A stretch of DNA of 64,000 nt from Shigella phage SP18. The notes below the pieces were generated by a model. It saw only the letters and a list, made by a program, of their open reading frames with translations. It made no database searches and had not been told where the DNA came from. The translations under genes and the position numbers were made by a program. The stretch lies in sequence record GQ981382. One strand, written 5' to 3'. Shown here in pieces: positions 17,301-28,910 of the stretch (positions are counted from its first letter, which is position 1; every line of letters starts with the position of its first letter).

Positions 17301-20300
17301 ATGACTGTTAAAGCCCCTTCTGTTACTAGCTTGCGGATTGATAAACTATCTGCTAACCAGGTTAGTATTAAATGGGATGATGTAGGCTCCAACTTTTACT
17401 ATTTTGTGGAGATTGCCCAAATCACAGAAAATGGAGTACGCATCCCAACTAGAGATTTAATTTGGCGCGACCTTGGTTATACCGCAGACAATGAATGGTT
17501 CGAGCAGGAATATATTCGTCCGTTGACAAGTTATCAGATGCGTGTGTCTGTTGCGGCAATGGGCTTCGAACGGTCTGATTGGGAATATACCGAGGAATTT
17601 GAAACCTTTGCAACGAACGCATATACTTTTGAACATATGCGCGAATTTAGTTTGGCCAATAAATTCATTGAAGAAAAATTCACCAATAAAAATCAGAGCT
17701 ATATCAACTTTAACAATGATATTATTATGGCTTCATTGATGTCCGAAGACTTTACATGGACTTCTGCTTATTCTCATTTGTCTTCAATTTCGAACTATGT
17801 TTTGCAAGAAGACCAATATCATGAAATCCAGGGACCGATTCAAGCAGTTTGTGTTGACCAAAACCGTACGATGCTTGCTGAACTTGGTGGCGTGCTTTAT
17901 CTGTTCGAACGCTTTCAGCCGATGGTTAAAGTCTCCAATGACAAAGGTCAGAACTGGTATTATATAAGACTCTTTAATGAGCGTATCGGTAACCCTGTGT
18001 CAAGGACTGTATATTATCAGACTGATACCACAACTTACGTTCTGGGCTATGACCGCATATTCTATGGTCGCCAATCAAGCGATATAAGATGGTCTGCGGA
18101 TGATGTTCGATTCAGTTCTGAAGACATTACATTTGCTAAAGTCGGTTCAGATATTAACCTTGGATTTGATATTGAAATCTTCGGGAACTATGCAAGACTT
18201 CCGGCCTATATTTCACAAATAGCTGAAGCTATCACGGTTTCGGATGAATTCATTTATGTTGCGGCGCGCGGTCGTGTATATAAAGCAAAAACCTCTGATG
18301 CACCGATTGATACAACTCCAGGGTCTCCGACCTTCGGTGAAAAACTATTTGAAACTGGTTACAGTACAATTACGACAAACCCTAAAGCAGTTTGTTATAA
18401 AATGGATTCAGTTCAAGGTCATACGTTTGCATTAATTACGGGTGAAGTTAAAGAAGAAAGACAAGACCCAACTAAACCTGAAAACGTTGTTGACTCTCTG
18501 GATAAAGGCGTTTATAAATTAGACCCCGATACTGATACATGGACGAGAGTTTTTGGCAATACAGAAGAAGAACGTCGTCGAATCGAACATGGTTATGCGA
18601 GCATGTCAACTGATGGCATCGAAGTGTTCTTTAGCTCCAGTAACTTCAAATATTCGGTTGAGCCTGATACTGAACTACCTCTTAAATATCCTGATGAAGT
18701 TAATGAAGCAGTCAAATACGTTTACGATGAGCAATGGATACATGATAAGCATTACCTGATGATGAGCTTCAGAGCTGGCGAAGATTCTGGCTTCGAAGAG
18801 TTCAAACCAGGCCGTATGACTTACTATGCAGAGCCGTTCTTTAACTGGTCAAGACGTGACGATACTCGTTGTTGGATTACGACTTCAGACCGAGCAATGG
18901 TTGTCTATAACGATATTCTTTATCAGTACATCATCGATACATTTGGTGGAACTTCCCCGGAACGTATCGTGCATGAATATTGGAACAAAGGTCGAGTAAC
19001 GATTACTGCACCTAACATCGAATTCAACGGCTTTAAAAAATATGCGTCCGGGATTATGCTTCATAAAAATACCGGGGAATTAATTGGCTATTTTGAATTT
19101 GACTATCGCGTGCGTGATGAAGTGCGTATCATCTGGAAGCCAAAAGAAATTATGCTTATGGCTGAACTACAAAATCAGGAACATGATATTCCGTGGACTC
19201 CGGAAAATGAGAATAAGGAAAAAGACCCGGACTTGCAACCACTGTTAACGAAGATGATTCCAGATAGTTATCTTTTACAGGATAGTAAATTTGAAAAATT
19301 CTGTGAATACTATTTGCAGTTCATCAGTGATGGTTCCGGTACATATTATAACAACCTGTTGAATCTTATTCGTAATCAATATCCGCGCGAGGAAGATGCA
19401 TGGGAATATCTCTGGAGCGAAATGTACAAACGCAACATTTACCTCTCCAAGGAAAAACGTGACGAAGCTGTTCGATTCTTCCAGGCCCGACAGTCTGATT
19501 TTTGGGCAACAAAAGGTACAGAAGCGTCTTATAAATTCCTGTTCAAATTACTGTATAATGAAGATGTTGAAATTGACATCGAATCCAAGAACGGAACCGA
19601 GTATGATATCGTAGTTGAATCTGATAATATCAGTGAAGACATTGTAGGCCAAACCATTTATACCGCAACTGGGCGCAGTAATGTGACTTATATGGAGCGC
19701 GATTATAAAGATGGTAAATTAAGATGGCGTATTACTATTCATAACCTCCTGGGACGTTTTATTGTTGGACAAGAAATTAAATCAGAAAGAACCTCATTCG
19801 AGGGGATGATTGTACAAGGTGTTCGTGGTAAAGAGTTGTTGAGTAACAACATCGATTATATTAACCGTAATCGCTCTTATTACGTAATGACAATTAAGTC
19901 AAACCTTCCGACCTCCCGTTATCGTAATGACGTTTTGAGATTCGTTCACCCGGTTGGATTTGGATTCATCGGTATCACGTTGCTGACAATGTTTGTTAAC
20001 GTTGGTTTGACTCTTAAACATACCGAGACAATCATTAATAAATTAAGTAACTATAGATGGTCTTCTGGTATTCCATCAGAATGGAATGACCGAGTTGCGG
20101 TGATTGGTGTTGATGGCACTATTGAGAAAAACCCTATCACAGGTGAAGCAATATATAACATCGCTCCTAATGCTGGCCAGCCTTTCCCGTTACCAGCCGA
20201 TTATGACGCCGAGAACGATTTCTCTATGTTCTATGGATTGTTACCGTCACAACGTCGTGGAAAATATAGTCCACTGTTTGACCAGTCAGCTGTTACATTC

Positions 20301-20396
20301 TCGAACTGGAGAGCATTAGTTGACCAACGTCTTAAAGATGATATTGGTAATCCAAGAGACCCGGTTAATCCTACACAGGTAAATGTAAATGAATAA
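17301..20396 (+). CDS. 7: gp7 baseplate wedge initiator
   Basis: 1031 aa (T4 gp7 1032 aa), in conserved position. Confidence 0.85.
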   Translation: MTVKAPSVTSLRIDKLSANQVSIKWDDVGSNFYYFVEIAQITENGVRIPTRDLIWRDLGYTADNEWFEQEYIRPLTSYQMRVSVAAMGFERSDWEYTEEFETFATNAYTFEHMREFSLANKFIEEKFTNKNQSYINFNNDIIMASLMSEDFTWTSAYSHLSSISNYVLQEDQYHEIQGPIQAVCVDQNRTMLAELGGVLYLFERFQPMVKVSNDKGQNWYYIRLFNERIGNPVSRTVYYQTDTTTYVLGYDRIFYGRQSSDIRWSADDVRFSSEDITFAKVGSDINLGFDIEIFGNYARLPAYISQIAEAITVSDEFIYVAARGRVYKAKTSDAPIDTTPGSPTFGEKLFETGYSTITTNPKAVCYKMDSVQGHTFALITGEVKEERQDPTKPENVVDSLDKGVYKLDPDTDTWTRVFGNTEEERRRIEHGYASMSTDGIEVFFSSSNFKYSVEPDTELPLKYPDEVNEAVKYVYDEQWIHDKHYLMMSFRAGEDSGFEEFKPGRMTYYAEPFFNWSRRDDTRCWITTSDRAMVVYNDILYQYIIDTFGGTSPERIVHEYWNKGRVTITAPNIEFNGFKKYASGIMLHKNTGELIGYFEFDYRVRDEVRIIWKPKEIMLMAELQNQEHDIPWTPENENKEKDPDLQPLLTKMIPDSYLLQDSKFEKFCEYYLQFISDGSGTYYNNLLNLIRNQYPREEDAWEYLWSEMYKRNIYLSKEKRDEAVRFFQARQSDFWATKGTEASYKFLFKLLYNEDVEIDIESKNGTEYDIVVESDNISEDIVGQTIYTATGRSNVTYMERDYKDGKLRWRITIHNLLGRFIVGQEIKSERTSFEGMIVQGVRGKELLSNNIDYINRNRSYYVMTIKSNLPTSRYRNDVLRFVHPVGFGFIGITLLTMFVNVGLTLKHTETIINKLSNYRWSSGIPSEWNDRVAVIGVDGTIEKNPITGEAIYNIAPNAGQPFPLPADYDAENDFSMFYGLLPSQRRGKYSPLFDQSAVTFSNWRALVDQRLKDDIGNPRDPVNPTQVNVNE

Positions 20397-21393
20397 CTCT
20401 ACCGTAGTTTACCGTTCGATTGTTACATCAAAATTCAGAACGGAAAAAATGTATAACTTCTACAGCGTCATCGGAGATGGCGCCAATGAAAATACAATGT
20501 ATGTCACGTTCGGTCGTGCAGAACCATGGGCTGCAAACGAGAACGACCCGGGCTTTGCTCCACCTTATCCGGTTGATGATGCCCAAGGTGTTGAAGATGT
20601 TTGGACTAATATGATGGGTGCAGTCAAGGTGTATAAATCCATGCTTGACTGCGTGGTTCCTCGTAAGGATTGGGGTGATGTTCGTTATCCTAACCCGCTG
20701 AACTTTCAGATTGGCGAAATCGTCGTAAGTAATACCGCACCATATAACCGAACTGATGTTGGTAAAGGTTGGATGGTTTATCGTTGTGTGGATGTTCCTG
20801 AATCTGGGACCTGTTCGATTTATTCCATCACTAATAAGCAAGAATGTCTTAAGCTTGGTGGTAAATGGACTTCAGACTATGCTTCCAGCCGAGCACCATC
20901 AGGGACTGGTGATACTGAAGGACGTGTTGATATGGGTGATGGTTATCTCTGGGAATATCTCTATGAGATTCCACCTGACGTATCCATTAACCGTTGTACA
21001 AACGAATATATCGTTGTCCCATGGCCAGAAGAAATTGCAGAAGACCCTGAACGTTGGGGATACAAAGATAACCTGACATGGCAGCAAGATGATTATGGTT
21101 TAATCTATCGTATCAAGGGAAATACAATTCGATTCAAGGCTTTCATGGATTCGATTTATTTCCCTCAGTTCAGTCTTCCAGGTAACAAAGGTTTTAGACA
21201 AATTTCAATTGTCGCTAACCCTCTGGAAATTAAAGCTGCTCCTAATGACCCGAATATCAAAGCAACAAAAGAATATTACGATGCTATTGATTTGAGTCGA
21301 CATTCTGGTGAAATGATTTACATGGAAAACAGACCACCTGTTTATCGTGCGATGGACCAAACCGAAGAAGTAAATATTATTTTTGAATTCTAA
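20389..21393 (+). CDS. 8: gp8 baseplate wedge subunit
   Basis: 334 aa as in T4; terminator hairpin follows. Confidence 0.85.
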   Translation: MNNSTVVYRSIVTSKFRTEKMYNFYSVIGDGANENTMYVTFGRAEPWAANENDPGFAPPYPVDDAQGVEDVWTNMMGAVKVYKSMLDCVVPRKDWGDVRYPNPLNFQIGEIVVSNTAPYNRTDVGKGWMVYRCVDVPESGTCSIYSITNKQECLKLGGKWTSDYASSRAPSGTGDTEGRVDMGDGYLWEYLYEIPPDVSINRCTNEYIVVPWPEEIAEDPERWGYKDNLTWQQDDYGLIYRIKGNTIRFKAFMDSIYFPQFSLPGNKGFRQISIVANPLEIKAAPNDPNIKATKEYYDAIDLSRHSGEMIYMENRPPVYRAMDQTEEVNIIFEF

Positions 21394-21396
21394 CTA

Positions 21397-21420
21397 GGGA
21401 CCTTCGGGTCCCTTTTTATT
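21397..21420 (+). terminator. rho-independent terminator GGGACC-TTCG-GGTCCC-T5 after gene 8
   Basis: UUCG tetraloop hairpin plus T-run. Confidence 0.75.
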
Positions 21421-21421
21421 T

Positions 21422-21429
21422 TATAAATA
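21422..21429 (+). promoter_or_regulatory. late promoter TATAAATA upstream of gene 9
   Basis: Exact consensus 27 nt before ATG. Confidence 0.65.
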
Positions 21430-21456
21430 TAGCTATATCAATAATGAGGCTTACCT

Positions 21457-22326
21457 ATGATTAATCAAACCCCAAAACTTTTAATAGATGTCGGCGAAAT
21501 TGGTAACGCCAGCACCGGCGATATCTTATATGATGGTGGTCGTAAAATTAACGAAGATTTTAATAACGTCTATAATACCTTCGGTGACCAACGTCTTTAT
21601 TCAATCGATAACGGCCAGAACTCTCAGGTCTTGCATGCTACAGGTTATTATCAAAAAGCAACAAACATAATCGAATGGAACACTCCTGTTGCGCTTGGTT
21701 CTCTCCGCGATGTCGATACCTCCAAGGGTGTTGTTACTGCCAGGATTGCCCGCGGTAAAATGGGTGAAGGTATTATCTTCATTAACTCTAACGGGACTTT
21801 ATCACCAACTCAATCTCTGGAAATCGAACTTCAAGGCACAGATACTTTCGTTTCGGCTCCGACCAACAAAATTCGCTTCACAAGCCCTTATACAAAGATT
21901 ACTCTTTGGTGTATCGATGACGCAAACGGCGTTGGCACCTGGGATTATTCAATCGAAAATATGTTTGGTGTAAAACATATTCCTTTGGACCGAACTTATA
22001 ATATCGGTCTGAACGCAAGAGATATTCCGATTGCATTGCGCGGTGATTTCAAAACAATGAAACTTTTGTTAACCGCTATATCTACTGATGAAACTAAATA
22101 CAAAGCATCAGAGGTCATGCTCTTTGTAGACACTCAAGCTAACCAAGTGTATAGCACAGAATACGGTGTATTGCGTCGTGGTCACGTGGATGACGATGAT
22201 GAGTTATATACCATTAACTTTAAAATAGGCGCTGACAACTTCGTTACGGCGACCGTAAGCGCACCAGTCTCCATGAAGCTCGCCATTAAGGTAGCCGAGA
22301 CACAAACCATTGGGGTAGCAATCTAA
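21457..22326 (+). CDS. 9: gp9 baseplate wedge subunit / long tail fibre socket
   Basis: 289 aa; TATAAATA late promoter at 21422-21429. Confidence 0.85.
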   Translation: MINQTPKLLIDVGEIGNASTGDILYDGGRKINEDFNNVYNTFGDQRLYSIDNGQNSQVLHATGYYQKATNIIEWNTPVALGSLRDVDTSKGVVTARIARGKMGEGIIFINSNGTLSPTQSLEIELQGTDTFVSAPTNKIRFTSPYTKITLWCIDDANGVGTWDYSIENMFGVKHIPLDRTYNIGLNARDIPIALRGDFKTMKLLLTAISTDETKYKASEVMLFVDTQANQVYSTEYGVLRRGHVDDDDELYTINFKIGADNFVTATVSAPVSMKLAIKVAETQTIGVAI

Positions 22327-24136
22327 TGAAACAAAATTTAAAAATAGGCGTGATGGTCGATGATGGTACCGGCGATTATCTTCGTCTCGGCGGCCAAAAA
22401 TTAATAATAACTTTGATGACCTTTACTACCAGCTCGGTGATGGAGAAAATCCTCATGCTGCTGGTGCATGGAAAACATGGTCAGTAGCCGACGGTACAAC
22501 TCTGGAAGCCGTTATGGGTCGTAGCTATGCAGTGAATACCTCAAATGGTATGATTACTGTTAAGCTTCCTAAAGGAACTCCGTCTGAATATAATTACGTT
22601 ATTCGTTTGCGTGATGTGTTTGCAACTTGGCAAGTCTCCCCGGTGACGATTGTTCCGGCTGTTGGCGACACAATGAAAGGTTCTCCTGACCCTGTTGTTA
22701 TCCGTCGTAACCTGGCAGATATCGAACTGGTTTATTGCTCTCCTGGCCGTTGGGAATATATTGACAACAAACAGATTGACAAGATTTCGAATAACGACGT
22801 GGCAACTGTTGAGACCCAGCAATTCATCGCAACAGAAGGTCAAACGGACTTCCTGGATGTGTTTAATGGTCGTCCTTATAACATTGCAAGTCTCGAAGTT
22901 AAACATCGTGGTAACGACCTGTTTTATGGCAAAGATGATATTTTCGACCCGGTGAATGCTGAATTCGGTTCGCCTGGTGCAGCGCCTGGTGAAATTGTAA
23001 CCCTTGACGGTCGCAATATTCGTTTACGTATGCCTTGTGCAGCTGGTGACACGGTTATTGTCAGAACATTCAACGATGGTATTGCTCAGTATCGTAGTTC
23101 TTATAACCGTCGAGATGTTCAAATCCGTGATTCGAAATTTACTCTTGAAACCCCGGTCGAAGGCTCTTTGGTTGTAGCTGATTTATCTACTAAACACACA
23201 TTTATGGTTACTGAACTTGCGGTATCTCCTAGCAGTCCAATTAACCCGAATGCATGTGAAGTTTATATCAACAGCATATTACAGCACGAAGCAGGAACTG
23301 CAAACTATCCAGCTTATACATGCGAAGGTGCTAATGGTGACACTGCAGAAGAGTGTACAGATAATGGTGGTCAATGGGCTAAATCAAAAGAAGACTATAT
23401 AACAACCTTTGATGAAGACAACCGTATTGAATCTTTTGAGTTTGCTCGCACATTTGAAGATGGTGATATTCTGTCTATCGTTTGGTATAATAACGATATT
23501 GGCACCACAATGACTCTTGATGAAATTACAGATGAAACAAATAACATCTATGTTTCCCAGGGTCCAGAAGTTTCAATCACCGGTGATATAAGAATTACGG
23601 ATTACGATAATCCATTTGCTCCTAACCTGGAACCGGTTGACCCGAGCGAAATTAAACCATCTGCTGTTTCGATTCTCTTTAATATGTTCCATCCAATTGG
23701 CACAATTTACGAGAATACGACTAACCCAAATAACCCTGCGACATATATGGGTATGGGAACATGGAAGCGACTTGAAGAGCGTGTTTTGATTGGTTGGTCT
23801 GCTGACCCAGCCTCAAACTTCCATACAAACAATAACGACCTGGATTCTTCTGGTGTTCCGCAGGCAACCGCAGGGGGTACTGGTGGTAATGTACAAATTC
23901 ACATTAAACCAACCAATATTCCTAAAATTCAGACCGATGAAAAAGTATTGGTAGCTGATGCAACTGGCCCAATTATTGTTGGTGGTTGCCTGATTGACCC
24001 GGATGCACAAGGTCCTGCTTATACAAACTATCGCGAAGATTATGCGACTATTAATGAAGCTCTTGACCCACTGGCACAGCCAATAGATACGCTTCCTCCA
24101 TATTTGATTGTTTACCGTTGGGTAAGGATTGCATAA
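22326..24136 (+). CDS. 10: gp10 baseplate wedge subunit, reading frame interrupted by an apparent 1-nt deletion in an A5 run (22396-22400)
   Basis: ATG at 22326 (TAATG with gp9) gives MKQNLKIGVMVDDGTGDYLRLGGQ in frame A; from the A-run the T4-like sequence KINNNFDDLYYQLGDG... continues in the -1 frame to 24136; joined length 603 aa versus T4 602. Confidence 0.75.
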
Positions 24137-24801
24137 TGACTACGTTGACAAATAAAAAGGCGAGTGTAATATCTCGCCATGCTGGTTACCTCCAGTTTGA
24201 TTATACCACTACCGATTCCACTGCTGTAGCGGGTAACCGCTATATCGGTGGTCCATCTGCTAACCAGACAAATGACGGTGTATTCTATCCGACAGTCCAG
24301 AGCGCAATTGATGATATTGCATTTCGTGCAGAACTTCCTGTCGGGTCGATAATTACTCGTCATGAGAATACTGCTCCTGGATTTATTAGTCAGTCAGATA
24401 AGATTAAGTTCACCGGGTCTATTTCTGGCGAAAACCTTGGCGAAACGGTTCTTATTAAAGTATTCGGTTTCCCGGTAGAAGTTATTGTCGGTGACTCGAG
24501 CGTGCTGGTTGCATCGAAAGTCAATGACGTTCTTTTGACTGCAATTTCACAGGGAATGATTATTTCTGCGACTGCTATCGATGCACTGGACCAGTCTATA
24601 TTAAATATTACATATAACGACTATCAGAATCACATCTTTGCTCCCATGACTCAATATGGTTGTGTTATGGAACAAACTATTGTTCAACAACCACGTGCCG
24701 GGTATGGGCAATGGGAATATCTTGGTTTACAAGATGTAACATTGCAAGGCGGTTCGGTTAATGGTCCAACATCTCTTTACTACTATAAGCGAGTCTACTA
24801 A
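24136..24801 (+). CDS. 11: gp11 baseplate wedge subunit (short tail fibre attachment)
   Basis: TAATG overlap start; about 221 aa; similarity to recalled T4 gp11. Confidence 0.85.
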   Translation: MTTLTNKKASVISRHAGYLQFDYTTTDSTAVAGNRYIGGPSANQTNDGVFYPTVQSAIDDIAFRAELPVGSIITRHENTAPGFISQSDKIKFTGSISGENLGETVLIKVFGFPVEVIVGDSSVLVASKVNDVLLTAISQGMIISATAIDALDQSILNITYNDYQNHIFAPMTQYGCVMEQTIVQQPRAGYGQWEYLGLQDVTLQGGSVNGPTSLYYYKRVY

Positions 24802-26333
24802 TGACAACGACTAACACGCTAAAACATATTAGCGATAAATCCGAATATAAAACATTTGACCCGGTGGGAACTTCATTTCCTCCGTCGGTAACAAATGTTC
24901 AGGAAGCATTGGGAGCTTTGGCTCCTATTGCTATTGATGGATTTATCCCAGAATCTACGGTTGCAGTACCAGGTATTATTCGCCTGGCGACCGAACAAGA
25001 AGTTATTGATGGCATAGGCAATAACACTGCGGTAACCCCCGAAACTCTTAAAGCTCGTTTGAATATTCCAACTCAGGCCACAGAGACTGTTGTCGGAATT
25101 ACCCGTTACGCAACCGATGTAGAAGCTATTGATGGCACAGTAACCGATGCAGCTATTGTCCCATCAAGTCTTAAAGCTTCTATTGATAATACATTTAATA
25201 CCCGCACTTCTACAGAAGACCGTAATGGTGTAATTAAGATTTCGACTCAAGCCGCTGCTCTGGCAGGAACAGATGATACAACGGCAATGACTCCTTTGAA
25301 GGTTTCATTGGCCATCGGTGCAGCAACTGCAGCTCTTCCAACTTATAGCACAGCAACAACCACTGTACAGGGGATTGTTAAAATTGCAACCCCAGCCGAG
25401 GTTCAAGCCGGTGCAATGAATAACGGTGTGGCAGTTTCTCCACTTGGACTTATTTCATTGACTGCAAATGCCTCTCGCAGAGGGTTGGTCCAATTGGCTT
25501 CCAGTGCTGAAGCAATTACAGGTACGGATGCAACAAAAGCAATTACCCCACAAGCTCTTCAGGCAAAAACTGGTAATACCGGACGACTTGGTATTGTCAA
25601 ACTGACAACTACCGTTGGTTCAGGGGATGGTAACACTGCTCTTGCATATAATGCAAACGTAATTTCAACCACTGGTGGTACAATTACTGGAACTCTTAAC
25701 GTCAACGGAACTTTACGTAGAAATGGCCAGGACGTTGTAACCCGCAATGAAATTAAAGATGATGTTCCAATCGGAACTATTATTATGTGGGGTGGACAGA
25801 CAGGAAATATTCCTTCTGGTTGGGAAATTTGTGACGGTGGTAATGTCGGTGATGCTGGTTTCCGAAATGTCGTTGGTAGTAAATGGGGCGCAACTGGTAA
25901 TAAGCCAGATTTTCGTGGATTATTCCCTCGCGGTTCCAATAGCTCTAACGATGGCGCTATGAAGGAATGGGAAACAAACATTAATATAAGAAACGCCAAG
26001 GGAAATGATTCCAAACAAAAACCTAAATTGGGTCAAGGTGTTGGTTCATATGGCCATGGTACAGTGCAGGCACAACAACTCCGTTTCCACAAGCACGCAG
26101 GTGGGTTTGGTGAATTTTCTGATGACGGCTCTTTTGGTAATAGCATACGTTCTAATTTTGTAGGGACTAGCAAAAAAATAGACTGGGATAACCGCTCATA
26201 TTATACCAACGAGGGATATGAAATAGATGGTAATAATCGCACCCCTAAAAGTACATTAAACAGCGAAGGTCTGATAGGTAATGAAAGCCGCCCATGGTCC
26301 ATGTCCATTCTTTTTATTATTAAGGTCAGATAA
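24801..26333 (+). CDS. 12: gp12 short tail fibre
   Basis: 510 aa; Thr/Ala/Gly-rich repeats; conserved position. Confidence 0.85.
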   Translation: MTTTNTLKHISDKSEYKTFDPVGTSFPPSVTNVQEALGALAPIAIDGFIPESTVAVPGIIRLATEQEVIDGIGNNTAVTPETLKARLNIPTQATETVVGITRYATDVEAIDGTVTDAAIVPSSLKASIDNTFNTRTSTEDRNGVIKISTQAAALAGTDDTTAMTPLKVSLAIGAATAALPTYSTATTTVQGIVKIATPAEVQAGAMNNGVAVSPLGLISLTANASRRGLVQLASSAEAITGTDATKAITPQALQAKTGNTGRLGIVKLTTTVGSGDGNTALAYNANVISTTGGTITGTLNVNGTLRRNGQDVVTRNEIKDDVPIGTIIMWGGQTGNIPSGWEICDGGNVGDAGFRNVVGSKWGATGNKPDFRGLFPRGSNSSNDGAMKEWETNINIRNAKGNDSKQKPKLGQGVGSYGHGTVQAQQLRFHKHAGGFGEFSDDGSFGNSIRSNFVGTSKKIDWDNRSYYTNEGYEIDGNNRTPKSTLNSEGLIGNESRPWSMSILFIIKVR

Positions 26334-26342
26334 GGAATAAAA

Positions 26343-27920
26343 ATGATTAACAAATTAGAATTAGCGAATCTTCCGTTTGTCGATGGTGTACCAGAAGCTG
26401 ACCAGAAACGAATTGAATGGATTCGCAATGGTGATTGCTTAACTGCAGCCACTACCAAATATGGGCACGATGGTGCCCTTAACGCCGCAGCTTTTGGCGT
26501 ACAGACCAACGTTGAAACTCTGGAAAAGAATGACACAACCACTAAGGACAAAGTAAACGAAATTGTCGATAGTGTTAACCAGATTAAAGAAGCTCTGGAT
26601 ATTTCCACTGATGCAAGCGTTATCCAACAGATTGAAACCAACCGTCTTAATATTGTAAGTCTCCAGACGGGTTTAGCCGAAACTGATATTGCTTTACTTG
26701 ATACCAGCACAAATCTCGGTGAATTACAGGAAGATGTTGGTTATTATAACCCACTGGAAGATGGACCATATTTGACCGTTCGTGCTAATATTAACCGTAT
26801 TAAGCATGAAATGGGCCATTATGCAAACCAAGATATCAATGGTGACCCATTGCCTGAAGGCGAAACTAATGATGCCACCGGGATGAAACGTATTATCATC
26901 GATAACAGTACAGCAATTGCAACTACGCAACGTCGTCTTACTATTCTCGAGGAAAATTACAATGATTCTGATGTAGGTGGGCTCACGATTAAATTAAATG
27001 AGATACGCGAAGAATTAGGTCCGCGTACAGAAGGTATTGGTAAATCTCCTGTTTATACTCGTTTAACTGCAGTCGAAGCTAAAGCCGGAACTAATGAAAC
27101 TGATATAGGGAATATCAAAACCGCAATTGGTTTTGGCCAAGGTCAAAGTATCGCAAACCGTGTCGGGACTCTGGAAACCAAGGCAACAAATTTAGAAAAT
27201 ACCACTTCTGGTATGAATACAAGATTGTCGAAAGTTGAAACAGATATTGGTACTGATGCCGAACCGACTTCCATTAATGGTCGTCTAAAAACGTTGCGTG
27301 ATGACATGACAGGTGTTCGTGTTGTTATCGGGGAAAATACAAGCAGTGGTTTACAGGGACAAGTTGTTGCCCTTAACGTTGCAGTAGGTATTAGTGATAG
27401 CCCGGCACCGACTTCCTTAATTCCTCGTATGCGTGAAGTCGAAACTTCTAGTCGTGCGAACGCTGCAGCTATTCAGGATATTCAGGCTGAAATCGGTAAC
27501 AATCAGTCAGGCATCAAAGGTTCTATCCTGACTATTAAATCACAAATCGATGGGACCAACCCAAACGGTTCGACTGTTGCTGAAAAAGGTATTCTCCCGA
27601 CTGTTGAAGGTCTGGTCAATGAAATGCTGACTAAGCTCAGTGATGCACCATCTGATACGAAGATTTACGGTCGCCAAGACGGTGCTTGGGCCGAAATCGT
27701 TGGTGGTGATATTCCTGCTCTAGTATCACGTGTGGATGGTATCGAATCGCGCACCAGTGGAGCCGAGATACTGATAACTGAACTTGAAGGTAAAGTATCA
27801 GCCTTAGAAACAGAGCTCGCCAAAAGGCCTCCTGTCGCTCCTACGACTGACGGACTTCCTTATGTGCTCGTTGATAATGCATGGGTTCCTTTGTCGACAT
27901 TCGTGACTGTTGGACCATAA
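26343..27920 (+). CDS. wac: fibritin (wac), neck whiskers
   Basis: 525 aa; coiled-coil repeats with C-terminal foldon-like ...DGLPYVLVDNAWVPLSTFV. Confidence 0.85.
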   Translation: MINKLELANLPFVDGVPEADQKRIEWIRNGDCLTAATTKYGHDGALNAAAFGVQTNVETLEKNDTTTKDKVNEIVDSVNQIKEALDISTDASVIQQIETNRLNIVSLQTGLAETDIALLDTSTNLGELQEDVGYYNPLEDGPYLTVRANINRIKHEMGHYANQDINGDPLPEGETNDATGMKRIIIDNSTAIATTQRRLTILEENYNDSDVGGLTIKLNEIREELGPRTEGIGKSPVYTRLTAVEAKAGTNETDIGNIKTAIGFGQGQSIANRVGTLETKATNLENTTSGMNTRLSKVETDIGTDAEPTSINGRLKTLRDDMTGVRVVIGENTSSGLQGQVVALNVAVGISDSPAPTSLIPRMREVETSSRANAAAIQDIQAEIGNNQSGIKGSILTIKSQIDGTNPNGSTVAEKGILPTVEGLVNEMLTKLSDAPSDTKIYGRQDGAWAEIVGGDIPALVSRVDGIESRTSGAEILITELEGKVSALETELAKRPPVAPTTDGLPYVLVDNAWVPLSTFVTVGP

Positions 27921-27925
27921 CAAAA

Positions 27926-27943
27926 GGGCTTCGGCCCTTTTTT
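27926..27943 (+). terminator. rho-independent terminator GGGC-TTCG-GCCC-T6 after wac
   Basis: UUCG tetraloop hairpin plus T-run. Confidence 0.7.
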
Positions 27944-27945
27944 CG

Positions 27946-27953
27946 TATAAATA
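27946..27953 (+). promoter_or_regulatory. late promoter TATAAATA upstream of gene 13
   Basis: Exact consensus, follows wac terminator. Confidence 0.65.
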
Positions 27954-27971
27954 CAGTAAAGAGGAAAACAT

Positions 27972-28910
27972 ATGGCAACTGAATCATACAACCCGAAACA
28001 ATTAAAAGATGCAATCCTTCGTCGTCTTGGTGCTCCAATCACGAATATCGAAGTTACGACCGAACAGGTTTATGATTGTATCCAGCGCGCATTAGAATTA
28101 TATGGCGAATATCATTATAATGGCTATAACAAAGGTTATCAGGCTTTTTATATCGGTCATGATGAAGTTTCACAACAGAAATTCCGTGATGGTGTTTTCG
28201 ATTTAAAAGGTCGTAATATTTTTGCAGTAACGCAGATTATTCGTACTAACGTCGGTTCATTAACTTCGATGGATGGTCAAGCAACATATCCATGGTTCAC
28301 AGATTTCGTTCTGGGGCTGGCTGGTATTAATGGTGGAATGGGTAGTTCGTGTAATAGTTTTGGTCCAAATGCTTTTGGGGCAGACCTTGGTTATTTTACA
28401 CAGCTTATGCAATATCGTTCGATGATGCAAGACCTGATGGTTCCACTTCCAGATTACTGGTATAATGACGATACGGAACAACTTAAAATTATGGGCAACT
28501 TCCGTCAGGGAGATGTTATTGTAATTGAAGTTTACACCAAATCCTTTAATGGTGTTGATGCAATGGCCAGCAATACTGCGGGTTACGGTTATGCTTCTGG
28601 TGATTGTTCAAATCCATGGAATGCTGGTGCACAGTGGGATAACCCTGCACGCAGAATAAGCGGTATGAGAGCCGGTGAGGACTTCGGACTTCAAGATGGC
28701 GCATACAACAACCGTTGGGTGAAAGACTATGCCACGGCACTCGTTAAGGAAGTTAACGGCAACGTATTGGCTAAACACCAGGGAATGATGATGCCAGGTG
28801 GTGTCACAGTTGATGGTGTCCGTTTAATCGAAGAAGCTCGCATGGAAAAAGAACGTCTTCGCGAAGAACTTGACCTGCTGGATGCACCGGCTGGAATACT
28901 AATTGGGTGA
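27972..28910 (+). CDS. 13: gp13 neck protein
   Basis: 312 aa; late promoter TATAAATA at 27946-27953. Confidence 0.85.
   Translation: MATESYNPKQLKDAILRRLGAPITNIEVTTEQVYDCIQRALELYGEYHYNGYNKGYQAFYIGHDEVSQQKFRDGVFDLKGRNIFAVTQIIRTNVGSLTSMDGQATYPWFTDFVLGLAGINGGMGSSCNSFGPNAFGADLGYFTQLMQYRSMMQDLMVPLPDYWYNDDTEQLKIMGNFRQGDVIVIEVYTKSFNGVDAMASNTAGYGYASGDCSNPWNAGAQWDNPARRISGMRAGEDFGLQDGAYNNRWVKDYATALVKEVNGNVLAKHQGMMMPGGVTVDGVRLIEEARMEKERLREELDLLDAPAGILIG

Noticed and set aside
22326-22520. Programmed ribosomal frameshift or transcriptional slippage in gene 10
   Set aside because: The A5 run is short and no stimulatory hairpin or pseudoknot is evident; with two other breaks at homopolymers, a sequencing indel is the simpler explanation. 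Reported as a finding for verification.
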